DNA of 20,604 nt, taken from Vitrella brassicaformis CCMP3155. Taxonomy: Eukaryota; Protista; Chromerida. Below, one piece after another: positions 20,280-20,604 of the stretch. Numbering within the stretch: position 1 is the stretch's first letter; each line of letters opens with the position of its first letter. A program made the position numbers and the translations under genes. The stretch covers positions 1 to 20,604 of the forward strand of contig CDMY01000780.1 in assembly GCA_001179505.1 (NCBI GenBank), read 5' to 3'. Under the pieces are notes generated by a model, which searched no databases, was not told the origin of the DNA, and worked only from the letters and a program-made list of their open reading frames with translations.

Positions 20280-20604
20280 CAAGCTGACAGACGGATGCAC
20301 GTGCCTGCACACACAGACAGAGCGTAGATCAGATGTTCAGATCTGATGTGCAGATCTGAGCGGATCTTTCGTTCACCTTTGAAGGACGGTGCAGCAGGTG
20401 CATGGATAGATCATCCAAAGGGCATTTCGCGCGTGTGAGAATGGAGCTGCCTAAGCTCGCGCAGGGGAGCGGTTTCACAGAATGTCCTAAGCGGCCTGAC
20501 GGCCAAGTCCCATGTCTTTCACGCACAGTCTGTGCGAAAAGGCCGGTGAGGACCTTTCCTGTAGTCAGCTGAATAGAGGATCTGCTGGGCGGTAAGTCCC
20601 AGAG

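Overview
Intron-dense, GC-rich eukaryotic genomic DNA. Short GT-AG introns full of (CA)n, (ACAG)n and (GATG)n microsatellites, plus the gene content, suggest a chromerid alveolate such as Vitrella brassicaformis (inference, not verified). Splicing exons by hand with phase checks gave six well-supported protein-coding genes: GPI transamidase subunit GAA1 (-, 9 exons, 757 aa); an intronless 199-aa orphan with a signal-peptide-like N-terminus (+); a Spinster-like MFS transporter with a ~500-aa central loop (-, 16 exons, 1043 aa); an EDEM3-like GH47 alpha-1,2-mannosidase with a PA domain (+, 21 exons, ~1148 aa, one GC-AG intron); a TMEM218-like ciliary transition-zone protein (-); and a plant/bacterial-type glutaminyl cyclase (-, 4 exons, 410 aa). 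The most striking signal is the cyclase leader, which reads as signal peptide + Phe-initiated transit peptide + twin-arginine (Tat)/AxA domain, suggesting a thylakoid-lumen location. The first 2.4 kb is accessory-like, with a 291-bp foldback/MITE-like element, a 100-bp hairpin, a duplicated 3' splice site and weakly supported orphan spliced ORFs. No rRNA, tRNA or CRISPR array was seen.
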